Assembly (NCBI GenBank): GCA_036351155.1
Contig: JAZBOO010000280.1
Location: 6,147-70,146 of the forward strand
Direction: 5' to 3'
Origin: Candidatus Krumholzibacteriia bacterium
Lineage (GTDB): Bacteria; Krumholzibacteriota; Krumholzibacteriia; LZORAL124-64-63
DNA: 64,000 bases
Positions 28,601 to 36,867 of the stretch are shown piece by piece. A program made the translations under genes and the position numbers. The notes beneath the pieces were generated by a model, which saw nothing but the letters and a program-made list of their open reading frames with translations, searched no databases and was not told the DNA's origin. Numbering within the stretch: the first letter of the stretch is position 1; each line of letters begins with the position of its first letter.

Positions 28601-30394
28601 AATCTGACCGATACCGAGGCGCGGGTGCTGCTCACCGCCGGCCGCAGTAACCCCTTGATCGTGATCAGAGATGACCAGCAGATCTACGTGGCCACCGTGA
28701 TTCCGGTGGATCTTTTCGCTCCGGTGGAAGGGGTGGCCGACGAGGACTCGCTGGTGCTGAACCCGGAACCTGGAGAAGGGTTCTTTCTCTACCGCCAGCA
28801 GCTGGATTCCGAGTTTCTGGGCAGCCTGGCCGACCTGGTGCGCGGTCAGGCCACCTTGTATCTGGAGGGGCAGCCCTATCTGGCCAGCCATCCGGGACCC
28901 GTCTTTGCGGGCCGAAAAAATTTGCTGACGGGACCGGATCTGATGGCCTCGTTGCTGGACCATCCCTGGGGTCCGGGGGTCTTTCCCCGTCCGGGGCGCA
29001 CCTTCGCCTTTTCCGGCAGTCAGCCCTTGCCCGTGTTTGCCCGGGACGAGCAAGGACGTCTGGTGCCCCAGCCCATCCCCGGGGTCATGTCCCTGGCCTT
29101 CCCGGATCGGGAGCAACAGTACAACCAGCAACGTCGCGAGACGGTCCTTTTCCTGGCGGGGCTGGCCAATCTCATCTTGCTGACGGCCCTGATGCTGGCC
29201 CTGGTCATGTCCTGGAACCTCTTCCGCCCGTTGCGGGTGCTTCTGACGGCGACCCGCCGTCTGGCCGACGAAGATTTTGATGCGCCTCTGCCTCCGGGCG
29301 GTCGGGATGAGGTGGGTCGACTGGCTCAGGCCTTCGGTTTGATGAGAGGTCAGCTCCGCACCGCCCGCGAAAAACTGGCGGCCCGGGAAAAGTTTCTGGC
29401 CGGTGTGCTGGACCAGGTGACGGTGGGTGTGGCGGTGGTGGACCGGCAGGGGCAGGTGGCAGCGCTGAACCCCGCCGGCCGGCATATCCTGACGGATTTT
29501 CAGCCCGAGATGGAAGAGCAGGCGGCCGTGCGCGGCCTGGTCGAGATTTTCCGGGACATGGCCGCGGGAAAGCCCACCTGGTCCGGTGAAATCCGCAGCG
29601 CCGATGGTCAGCATACCCTGCGGGGCGCCATGGCACCCCTGGATATTGCCGGGGGCGAGTCGGACACCATGCTGGTGTTCGAGGACATCACCGAGTTTCT
29701 GCAGACCAAGAAGATGGCCATCAACGCCGAGCTGGCGCGCCAGGTGGCCCATGAGATCAAGAACCCTCTGACTCCCATCCAGCTGTCGGTTCAGCTGCTG
29801 GACCAGGCCTGGCGAGATCAGCACCCGCGCCTGGATGCCATCGTACCCGAGACCGTGCAGAGGGTGCTGTCGCAGGTGGAACTGTTGCGGACCATCGCCT
29901 CGGAGTTCAGCCTGCTGGGGCAGCCCGGCGAGCTGGATCTAGTGGTTCTGGACCTGGCGCACCTGGTAGGTGAGGTGACCGATGCCTACCAGGGCGCCGG
30001 GGCTGTGGATTCCGATCATTTCCGGGTGGAAGTGGCCGATTGCCCCCACCCGCTGGTCCTGGGGGAACGGGATGCTCTGCGCAAGATCCTGGGTAATCTC
30101 ATGCAGAACAGCCTGGATGCCACGCGGCCCGAGGAGCCTCTGTCGGTGCAGGTGAGCTGGCGCATCCAGGCGGGCCGGCTGACGCTGGTCTGGGTGGACA
30201 ACGGCCAGGGTTTGCTGCCGGAGGTGGCTGATCGGCTGTTTGATCCCTATTTTTCCACCAAGAGCAAGGGCACCGGTCTGGGCCTGGCCATCTGCCGGAA
30301 CCTGGCCGACCGCATGGGAGGATCCATGACTCTGGCCAACCGACAGGATGCGCCGGGGGCCCAGGCCACCTTGACCTTGCCGCGCGCCAAGTGA
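25610..30394 (+). CDS. Giant (1594 aa) polytopic sensor histidine kinase: about 9-10 TM segments and large periplasmic regions, then HAMP-PAS-HisKA-HATPase (NtrY-like core)
   Basis: C-terminus has HEIKNPLTPIQLSVQLL (H-box), LGNLMQNSLDA (N-box) and GTGLGLAICRNLADRMGG (G2-box). A HAMP/PAS segment precedes it. Many hydrophobic helices in the first 560 aa and one more near residue 850. Confidence 0.85.
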   Translation: MTWLVSQAARALGILCLLGQGFLVYAGSTVGPEPGLALPGLFLALTIVQAVVFSLELRKKLTSLDEAGRRALFLPSVFLTVAIGTMLACGLVVLSRGTGAGDSSWKDPESSSPVLAEALLALEQYPAASAALLDGVRVMRGQLESQPVKGDWFRLLAPWPEQWSRYFPAADALPGDLLVHRRGSPLAWTEGAEPLPPPPSQDVRALPVDFLTQHAGTWYLRSFVMLSSETLLEWQVPLEGPQLAHRWPGLELSVRSLNEGTLTGKVALTDSDQARQLVAQMEPGSADQAASKGRARLMILLTLGWLLGLTSWFHILAGHGVWLGSLWAGRALLAGVDFFRWFPQAFPDLTAPAPPGHPISLVGPAYFATPFASGWFASTADALLTALVVGLTAWALLRSRGLVGWTDELARAGKTRPLLGQGLVSGLVFGLVGAGLLWLAHLFASLVADNANPRLIGQGVSVGFLSFWGLHVVLMVIPFSLASLLVGWAGDRPWPERTRLGGWLAAAGLGGLVSGAVFFFLPRDWWWQPALAGLITATWWLVAPALRSRPRFLRRFAWPTVMLLVVVWNYVSLREVYDQAERSWLVSKGHLITSPGEEGTRFLLEDAMLGMRETDRLSPSTGEGVGIWRDHPAYLLWASSPLRDLGYACSVEIIDTEYGATPFFATGFMRDSGYELLSRGNWTDREGAPATDDEQLQFQTERRVYPGGEEEVLVARMGRAGDLGWIRVELPVRSWRISTLLADLRDEVPVDSGYRPRAEVDRPILLLRGDNQGWLGTGDPGLKGAQASGLLTELKQGVRPWAAIERDDGTWLCRWNPLPDNLARSPGEGFLLGLRRAGPVEDLLDLSRIMLINLVLLLVLFGLVQGTERLRLAFLPAGANRPNSQGPWLPGFQERFLAGYLMLGLLLLLVVGMSVDRVGYQRVLTESKEKTLDGLNQAISQLRSLLAEQAGAMAASEYISDLLVGEMAGQRPVGPPSRRQAMVFAGDGTLVLDETLSNLTDTEARVLLTAGRSNPLIVIRDDQQIYVATVIPVDLFAPVEGVADEDSLVLNPEPGEGFFLYRQQLDSEFLGSLADLVRGQATLYLEGQPYLASHPGPVFAGRKNLLTGPDLMASLLDHPWGPGVFPRPGRTFAFSGSQPLPVFARDEQGRLVPQPIPGVMSLAFPDREQQYNQQRRETVLFLAGLANLILLTALMLALVMSWNLFRPLRVLLTATRRLADEDFDAPLPPGGRDEVGRLAQAFGLMRGQLRTAREKLAAREKFLAGVLDQVTVGVAVVDRQGQVAALNPAGRHILTDFQPEMEEQAAVRGLVEIFRDMAAGKPTWSGEIRSADGQHTLRGAMAPLDIAGGESDTMLVFEDITEFLQTKKMAINAELARQVAHEIKNPLTPIQLSVQLLDQAWRDQHPRLDAIVPETVQRVLSQVELLRTIASEFSLLGQPGELDLVVLDLAHLVGEVTDAYQGAGAVDSDHFRVEVADCPHPLVLGERDALRKILGNLMQNSLDATRPEEPLSVQVSWRIQAGRLTLVWVDNGQGLLPEVADRLFDPYFSTKSKGTGLGLAICRNLADRMGGSMTLANRQDAPGAQATLTLPRAK

Positions 30395-30446
30395 GCAGCC
30401 CCCGAGAGCATCCGGAAGGACGCCCATGACTTCGCACCTCAGGATC

Positions 30447-31127
30447 ATGACACGTGGCCGGCAGGTTTTCTCCCTGCTGGTCGTCCTGTTGATGGCCGGA
30501 GGCGGGGCAGTGCTGGCGCGTCAGTCCGACCAGGCCGAGGTGCGCATCGCCCGCCTGCATTACGATGGGGGCGGCGACTGGTACTGCGACCCGAGCAGTC
30601 TGCCCAACTGGCTGGAACAGTTCAGCCGACGTACGGGCATTGCCACGGCGGCCACCGAGGCGGTGGTTACCCTGGATAGCGAGGATCTGTATCAGTATCC
30701 CTTCCTCTACCTGAGTGGACACGGCCGCATTGATCTGAAGCAGGAAGATCTGAGCGAGCTGCGCCGGTATCTCGAGGCCGGCGGGTTTCTCTACGCCGAC
30801 GACAACTACGGGCTGGACCCCTCGTTCCGTCAGATGATCGCGCAGCTGTTTCCCGAGCGGGAGCTGGCACCCATCGGAGCCGATCATCCCATTTTCCGAG
30901 CCTTCTATCGGTTGCCGGGGGTGCCCAAGATCCATCAGCACGATGGGGAACCTGCCCAGGCTTTCGGCGTATCCCATGAGGGCCGTCTGGTGGTGTTCTG
31001 CACCTGGAGCGCGGACATCGGCGATGGACTGGAGGACGCGGACGTCCACGGCGATCCCCCGCATGTGCGGGAGGCGGCCACCCAGATGGCGGTCAACGTG
31101 TTGATGTATGCCCTGACTCATCCGTAA
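30447..31127 (+). CDS. DUF4159-like secreted protein (class I glutamine amidotransferase-like fold)
   Basis: Signal peptide, RLHYDGGGDWYCD and FLYLSGHG...GGFLYADDNYG blocks that I recall as the DUF4159 family. Family assignment is from memory, not a search. Confidence 0.55.
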   Translation: MTRGRQVFSLLVVLLMAGGGAVLARQSDQAEVRIARLHYDGGGDWYCDPSSLPNWLEQFSRRTGIATAATEAVVTLDSEDLYQYPFLYLSGHGRIDLKQEDLSELRRYLEAGGFLYADDNYGLDPSFRQMIAQLFPERELAPIGADHPIFRAFYRLPGVPKIHQHDGEPAQAFGVSHEGRLVVFCTWSADIGDGLEDADVHGDPPHVREAATQMAVNVLMYALTHP

Positions 31128-31135
31128 CAGAAAAA

Positions 31136-34100
31136 ATGGCACCCATGGATATCCGGCAGACATTCCAGGATCAGTTGTACAGCCTGCTGGGGCGCACCCG
31201 CCGGCGCATCCTGGTGCTGGGCCTGCTGCGGGTGCTGGCGGTTGCCGGGCCCATGACGGTGCTGGCGGTCTGGTCGCTGGGCACCGGTCCCGAGCCGGGC
31301 CCCGTACTGGCGGGCGGTCTGGTGTTTTCCCTGCTGGCTGCCTGGGTGGCTCTGGTCTGGACGCAGGTGGTTTGTCCCCTGTGGCGGTTGCGCCGCCCCG
31401 TGGATCTGGTGGACAGGGTCGAGAAGTTCGGCGACTTTGCCAATGTCCTGGTGGCGGGAGAGGAAGCCCTGCGGCAGCCGGAGCGCTGGGAGGCGGACAC
31501 CTCGGTGCGCCGCGAATTGCGAGACCGGGTGTTCCGGCAGGGTTTGCGCATCCTGGGTTTCTTGAGCCCCGAACGGGTTTTTCCGCACCGTCATCTGCGC
31601 GCTGGCCTGGTGGGCCTGGGCTTGCTGGGGACCGGCGTGCTGTTCATTGGCCTGGCCCAGCCGACCGTGGGCCGTCAGGGAATAGCGCGTCTGCTCCGCC
31701 CCATCCCGCCGGCGGCGGTGCCCCAGGTGGCGGGCATCTATCCCTGGGACACTCCTGACCATGTGGTGGCCGGCGAGGAAGTCCGGCTTTCCGTGCGGGA
31801 TTTCGGAGGCGGAAACGATCTGGCCGTCTGTGAGATCCGGGTGGGACAGGGCCTGTGGCAACCGCTGGAAGCCAGATCCGAAACCGTTCCCCGGGACCAG
31901 GCCTTCCTGCCGCCCCCCTTCAAGCTGTGGATGTCCCAGGTGGACAACGTGCGCGAGGATTTTTCCTGGCGTTTTCGGCGCGGGTCTCGGGTTTCTCCCG
32001 AGCAACGCGTCACGGTGCGGCACCATCCATTGCTGACCAACCTGGGCGTGACCATTCAGCCCCCCGAGTACACCGGTCTGGATGAGCAGGCCCTCGATCG
32101 GTTGCCCACCTGGCTGGAAGTTCCCACCGGTGCGGGCCTGGTCTTGCAGGGGACGGCGAATCACCCGCTGAGCGTGGCCGAGCTGGTGATCTCGGGGCAA
32201 GATGCCCAGGCCCTGGCCATCTCCGGTTCACGGGTGGAGGGCGCGCTGCGTATCGAGGATTCCCTGACCTTCCAGCTGGCCCTGCAGGACAGTTTCGGGC
32301 TGACCAATCTCTCCCCTCTGGTTTACGAAGTGCGGGCCATCCCCGATGAAAAGCCCCTGGTCCAGCTGGTGCGCCCAGGCGACGATGGGCTGCTGCCGCT
32401 GGATGGGATCCTGCCCCTGGGTCTGGATGCCACCGACGACTACGGACTGACCCGCCTGGAACTGCAGCTGCGCGTGGTGGATGGGCCCGAAGAAGGGGAA
32501 GGTGATACCGGCTGGACCATGGGAACCCACCGCATCTGGCAGGGGACGGGGCCTGCCGGCGGATCCTTCACGACAGCCTGGGGCACGGTGCGCCTGGACG
32601 CCCGGATGGCGGAAAATGACGGAGCCCCCCTGCGGGTGGAGATGCAGGTCGATGCGGATATCGCCGACCTGGATCTGGTGCCGGGCGATGTTCTGGAACT
32701 CAGGCTGGGTGCAGTGGACAACCGCCGTCCCGGCTCCGGGCAGATTTCCTACAGCCGGGCGCTACGGCTGGTTTTGCCCTCGGCGGCCGATGTCCTGGCC
32801 AATCAGGCGGAAGCCAATGAACAGCGGCGCGACGAGCTGGAGGAGGCGCGCCGGCGCGGGCTGGAACTGGGCCAGGATCTGGACCGTTTGAATCGCGAGC
32901 TCATGAAGAATCCTCTGCCCGACTGGGCGCGCCGCCAGGAGATGGAAGAGGCCATTGCCCGTCAGCAGCGTCTGCAGGAAGAGCTGTCCCGTCTGGCTGC
33001 CGAGTTGACCAGTGATCTGGATCGTATGGCGTCAGGGCAGATGACCAGCGAGCGGATGCTGGAAAAGGCCGAGGAAGTATCCTCCCTTCTGAACCAGGAT
33101 CCCGACCAGAGCTTGCAGGATCTTCTGGAGCGCATGAAACAGAGTGGCGAGGAGGCGGCTGCCGAGGAGATGGTCCGGGCCATCCGCGAGGTGGGGCAGG
33201 ACCAGAAGGACATGGCGCGGCGCCTGGATGCGGCTCTGGCCATGCTGAACCGCATGGAGCGGGAACAGGAGATGGAGGGCCTGACCGCCCTGCTGGAGCA
33301 GATGATCCGCAAGCAGCAGGAACTGGCCGATCTGAGCCGGGAACTGGCGGATCAGCAGGAGCAACAGGCGGGCGAAGGTCAGGACCAGGAGGCGGCCGGT
33401 GATCCGGACGCCGAATCGGGGGAACCGCAAGAAGGTGATCCGCAGCAAGGTGAACAGCAGGAAGGCGAACAGCAACCGGGAGACCAGCAACCGGGAGACC
33501 AGCAACCGGGAGACCAGCAACCGGGAGACCAGCAGTCCGGCGAACAGCAGGAAGGATCTCCCGAGGACACTCCCACCGCCGAGGAACTGGCCAGACGCCA
33601 GGAGGCCCTGGCCGAGGAGCTGGAGGAGCTGGAGGAAAGGCTGGAAAAAGCCCTGGCCGAATTGCAGGAGCAACAGCAACAGGACAACGGTCAGCAGTCG
33701 CCCGACAGCGAGAAGATGGAGCAGGCCCTGCAGGAAGCCCTGGAACAGCTGGAAAGCCAGAAGGAAAAGGGAGGCATGAAGAAGGCCTCCGAGCAGCTGT
33801 CCCAGATGGATCCCGAACAGGCGGCCAAGCTGCAGCAGGAAAGTCTGCGTGATCTGGGAGCGCTGTACCACGTGATCCTGGAAACGCAGCAGGCCATGCA
33901 GTCGGCCATGCAGCAAAATCAGGTGTCGTCCCTGCGGGGACTGGCCGCCGACATGCTGGCCCTTTCCACGCGCCAGGAGGAGATCTCCCTGGCCATCCCC
34001 TCGCAGCTGCGCGATGTGCGGTCCCTGGGACTGACCCGCAGTCAGCACCGACTGCAGCGGTCGGCCACCGGTGTGCGCGATCGCTTGAGCCTTCTGCTGG

Positions 34101-34924
34101 AAGAGTCTCCGGCCCGGATCATGCGCCTGCTGGCCAAGCTGGACGAGCTGATCGAGCAAATGGGGCACACCGTGCAGTCCATGGAGGACAACCGCGGCCC
34201 CGTGGCGCGGCGCGACGCGCTGGCCAGTCTGGCGTCGGCCAACCGGATCGTGATCGGGCTGTTGACCGAAGCGCAGATCACCAGTCAGAGCAGCAGCCCC
34301 GGCAGCAACGGGCAGCAGCAGAGCATGGCCCAGCAGCTGCAGCAGATGGCTCAGGAACAGGCCAAGCTCAACGGAATGACCGATCAGTTGCGGCAGATGC
34401 TGGCCAACCGCGGCATGAGCCAGGAAGCCCGCTCGCAGATGAAACGCCTGGGTGAGGCCCAGGGCAATCTGGCCGGACAGCTGCAGGAGCTGGAGGAGAA
34501 AGAACGGGAGAATGCCGAAGGTGAGCGCCTGCTGGGCGACCTGGGCGAGCTGGGTCGTCAGATGGAAAGCATCAGCGGGGAGATGGACGACGGCCTGGTC
34601 AGCGAGGAAACGCTGGTGAGGCAAGAGCGCATCCTGAGCCGGCTGCTGGATGCGCGCAACTCGGTGCGACGGCGGGACTACACCAGCCGCCGGGAAAGCC
34701 GGACCGCCGGTCAACTCTACACGGACATGCAAGGCCCGCTGGATGGCGATGACCCGGCCGCAGCAGAGCGCAGCTTCCGCCTGCGTTACCAGGCCCTGGA
34801 AAAGGCGCCGCTTGAATACCGTGATCTGGTGCGGCGCTACTTTGCGGCCCTGGACAGCTTGCGAGCCATGGATGGAGCAGATCTCTGGCCCGACCAGGCA
34901 GATCAGCGAAAGGAACTGCCATGA
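31136..34924 (+). CDS. Large (1262 aa) N-terminal double-TM envelope protein with beta-rich ectodomain, long coiled coils and an acidic Q/E/P/G/D repeat region (DUF4175-like)
   Basis: Two TM helices at residues 25-75, then about 350 aa of beta-rich sequence, then about 750 aa that are heptad-like and rich in E/Q/R/L/A. Contains (QPGDQ)4. Family assignment is tentative. Confidence 0.7.
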   Translation: MAPMDIRQTFQDQLYSLLGRTRRRILVLGLLRVLAVAGPMTVLAVWSLGTGPEPGPVLAGGLVFSLLAAWVALVWTQVVCPLWRLRRPVDLVDRVEKFGDFANVLVAGEEALRQPERWEADTSVRRELRDRVFRQGLRILGFLSPERVFPHRHLRAGLVGLGLLGTGVLFIGLAQPTVGRQGIARLLRPIPPAAVPQVAGIYPWDTPDHVVAGEEVRLSVRDFGGGNDLAVCEIRVGQGLWQPLEARSETVPRDQAFLPPPFKLWMSQVDNVREDFSWRFRRGSRVSPEQRVTVRHHPLLTNLGVTIQPPEYTGLDEQALDRLPTWLEVPTGAGLVLQGTANHPLSVAELVISGQDAQALAISGSRVEGALRIEDSLTFQLALQDSFGLTNLSPLVYEVRAIPDEKPLVQLVRPGDDGLLPLDGILPLGLDATDDYGLTRLELQLRVVDGPEEGEGDTGWTMGTHRIWQGTGPAGGSFTTAWGTVRLDARMAENDGAPLRVEMQVDADIADLDLVPGDVLELRLGAVDNRRPGSGQISYSRALRLVLPSAADVLANQAEANEQRRDELEEARRRGLELGQDLDRLNRELMKNPLPDWARRQEMEEAIARQQRLQEELSRLAAELTSDLDRMASGQMTSERMLEKAEEVSSLLNQDPDQSLQDLLERMKQSGEEAAAEEMVRAIREVGQDQKDMARRLDAALAMLNRMEREQEMEGLTALLEQMIRKQQELADLSRELADQQEQQAGEGQDQEAAGDPDAESGEPQEGDPQQGEQQEGEQQPGDQQPGDQQPGDQQPGDQQSGEQQEGSPEDTPTAEELARRQEALAEELEELEERLEKALAELQEQQQQDNGQQSPDSEKMEQALQEALEQLESQKEKGGMKKASEQLSQMDPEQAAKLQQESLRDLGALYHVILETQQAMQSAMQQNQVSSLRGLAADMLALSTRQEEISLAIPSQLRDVRSLGLTRSQHRLQRSATGVRDRLSLLLEESPARIMRLLAKLDELIEQMGHTVQSMEDNRGPVARRDALASLASANRIVIGLLTEAQITSQSSSPGSNGQQQSMAQQLQQMAQEQAKLNGMTDQLRQMLANRGMSQEARSQMKRLGEAQGNLAGQLQELEEKERENAEGERLLGDLGELGRQMESISGEMDDGLVSEETLVRQERILSRLLDARNSVRRRDYTSRRESRTAGQLYTDMQGPLDGDDPAAAERSFRLRYQALEKAPLEYRDLVRRYFAALDSLRAMDGADLWPDQADQRKELP
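33473..33532 (+). repeat. Perfect tandem repeat 4 x 15 bp (CAACCGGGAGACCAG), flanked by degenerate copies, inside the CDS; encodes (QPGDQ)n
   Basis: Read directly from the sequence. The flanks GAACAGCAGGAAGGCGAACAG and CAGTCCGGCGAACAG are diverged units. Confidence 0.9.
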
Positions 34925-36867
34925 GCAAGAGCCTGCTGATCATTCTTGTCCTGGGTGCCGTCATCCTGGGGGCATCACCCGCACCGGCGCAGGAGCAACA
35001 GGGGCCCCGTCTGGTCCCACCGCGAGCGCAGCGGGGTGTGGTGCAGTCCGGACAGCAGCTGGCGGATCTGCGTCGCCGCGTCCTGGAGCTCGACCGCCTG
35101 ATCGGGCTGGGCAGTGTGGCCCGAGCCGAATCGCTGCTGGAAGACCTTGCGCAACACAGTCTGCTGAAGGACGAGCTGGTCAGCCGCCGCATCAAGCTGG
35201 CGCAGCTCCGCGACGACCATCGCCAGGCGGTGGATCTGAGCCGGGAGGCGGTCATCTCCCAGCCGCTGAATGCGGCCCTCTGGCGTTCGTTGACCAGCTC
35301 ACTGCTGGCGGTGGCCGAGCCCGACAGTGCCCGCGAGGCGGCCGGCATGTTCATCGCCACCAGCCCCAATGCCCGCAGTGCCGGAATGGTGGCGGTGGAA
35401 CTGTTCCAGATGGCGCAGCGGCCCCGGGTCAGCCTGGGGTTGATCGACTCGCTGCGGATCTCGCTGGCCGAGCCCCGGTATCTGGGCCGTCAGCGGGCGG
35501 TGTGCCTGCTGCAGCTGGGCGAACCCGAGGAGTCGGCCGATGAGGTGGTGGCCGAGCTCAGGTACAACCCCTTCAACATTTCCCTGCTGCGCACCGATTT
35601 GCTGGAAGAGGCCTACCAGCCGGGAAGGCACCAGGATTTTCTGGACCGCTTGAAGAATCGCGCTGCGGAATCCGGGAGCCGGACGGCCGAGTCGGTTCTG
35701 CTGGCCAACCTGTACCTGGCCGATGGACAGGCGGAGCCGGCCCTGGAGGCCATCGCCTCAAGCTTTGACACGCGCAGCTCCCAGATCACCGTGCTGCAGA
35801 ACGGGGTGTCCCTGTCCCAGGAGCTGGAACTGCTGGAAGATCCCAGGCAGCGGCACGCCACGGTGGAGTACCTGCTGGACACCATGGCCCGTATGTGTGG
35901 CCCGGTGAATCCCGATCAGGGCCTGCGTCTGCGGGCGGCCGACCATCTGGCCCGGGTCTGTGAACAGGGGCTGGAAATGGGGGCGCTGGGGGGCGATCCA
36001 CGACAGGCCGTGGAGCGCTACGGCGAGTATCTGCAGCTGGTCCGGAAGGTGCACCCGGCCAGTCAGTATCTGTACTCCTCGCAGATCAAGCTGGCCGCCT
36101 ACACCCGTGATGAACTGCGCAAGCCCCGCCAGGCAGCGGGACGGCTGGAACGCATGCTCATGGATCTGGATCTGCCCACCGAGGGCGTGGCGCTGGTGCG
36201 CCTGACTCTGGGCGAGTGCTACCTGGCCGCCGGGGACACCGCGCGCGGGCGTACGGTGCTGACCCAGCTGGGGCGCGACCCCGAGTTCCGTGAAGCGGCG
36301 GGCCATGCTCATTTCCACCTGGCCCGGCTGGACCTGGCCGAGGGCCATTTCGCCACGGCCCGCGATCGTTTCGCCGTGGCGGCCATGGACAATCCCGCCG
36401 CCCCCTACGCCAACGATTCCCTGGAGCTGGGGCTGGCCATTGCCGAGGAGATGGACAATCCTTCCGGCGGCCCGGCCATCCTTCAGCTTTACGGGCAAAG
36501 CGTCTATTTCGATCTGACGCGCCGGCCGGAAGACCATCTGGCTGCACTGGAACATTTCGTGGCCCAGGCCGATCTGCGACTGGATCCTGACGACAAGCAG
36601 CACCTGCTGGAACGAGGGCGCAGGGAACTGGCCGAGGCCTACCAGGAGGCCGGGCGCTTGGAGGACGCGCTGGCCCAGTGGAACGCCATCGTTTTGAATC
36701 ACCCCGATGGGCGGCACCCCGCCCTGGCCCTGCTTTCTCGTGCCCAGCTGTTCGCCAGGACCGGGCGCCCCGAAGAATCCCGACAGGCCATGGAGCAGCT
36801 GCTGGCCCAGTACCCCGACTACCTGTTCGTCGAGGATGTGCGCGACGAGCTGAGGAATTTGCCATGA
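34921..36867 (+). CDS. Secreted TPR-repeat protein
   Basis: Signal peptide MSKSLLIILVLGAVILGASPAPAQ, then repeated amphipathic helix pairs rich in A/L/R/E with an all-helical TPR-like periodicity. ATGA overlap with the upstream stop. Confidence 0.7.
   Translation: MSKSLLIILVLGAVILGASPAPAQEQQGPRLVPPRAQRGVVQSGQQLADLRRRVLELDRLIGLGSVARAESLLEDLAQHSLLKDELVSRRIKLAQLRDDHRQAVDLSREAVISQPLNAALWRSLTSSLLAVAEPDSAREAAGMFIATSPNARSAGMVAVELFQMAQRPRVSLGLIDSLRISLAEPRYLGRQRAVCLLQLGEPEESADEVVAELRYNPFNISLLRTDLLEEAYQPGRHQDFLDRLKNRAAESGSRTAESVLLANLYLADGQAEPALEAIASSFDTRSSQITVLQNGVSLSQELELLEDPRQRHATVEYLLDTMARMCGPVNPDQGLRLRAADHLARVCEQGLEMGALGGDPRQAVERYGEYLQLVRKVHPASQYLYSSQIKLAAYTRDELRKPRQAAGRLERMLMDLDLPTEGVALVRLTLGECYLAAGDTARGRTVLTQLGRDPEFREAAGHAHFHLARLDLAEGHFATARDRFAVAAMDNPAAPYANDSLELGLAIAEEMDNPSGGPAILQLYGQSVYFDLTRRPEDHLAALEHFVAQADLRLDPDDKQHLLERGRRELAEAYQEAGRLEDALAQWNAIVLNHPDGRHPALALLSRAQLFARTGRPEESRQAMEQLLAQYPDYLFVEDVRDELRNLP

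Noticed and set aside
33473-33532. Tandem direct repeats, considered as a possible CRISPR array or minisatellite
   Set aside because: The units are 15 bp and contiguous with no spacers. They are in frame inside a long CDS and encode a sensible acidic linker, so this is not a CRISPR array.
36678-36863. Upstream extension of the GATase1-like ORF overlapping the TPR gene
   Set aside because: Same reasoning: the signal peptide starts at ATG 36864, which forms an ATGA coupling with the TPR stop. The extension is Pro/Arg-rich.
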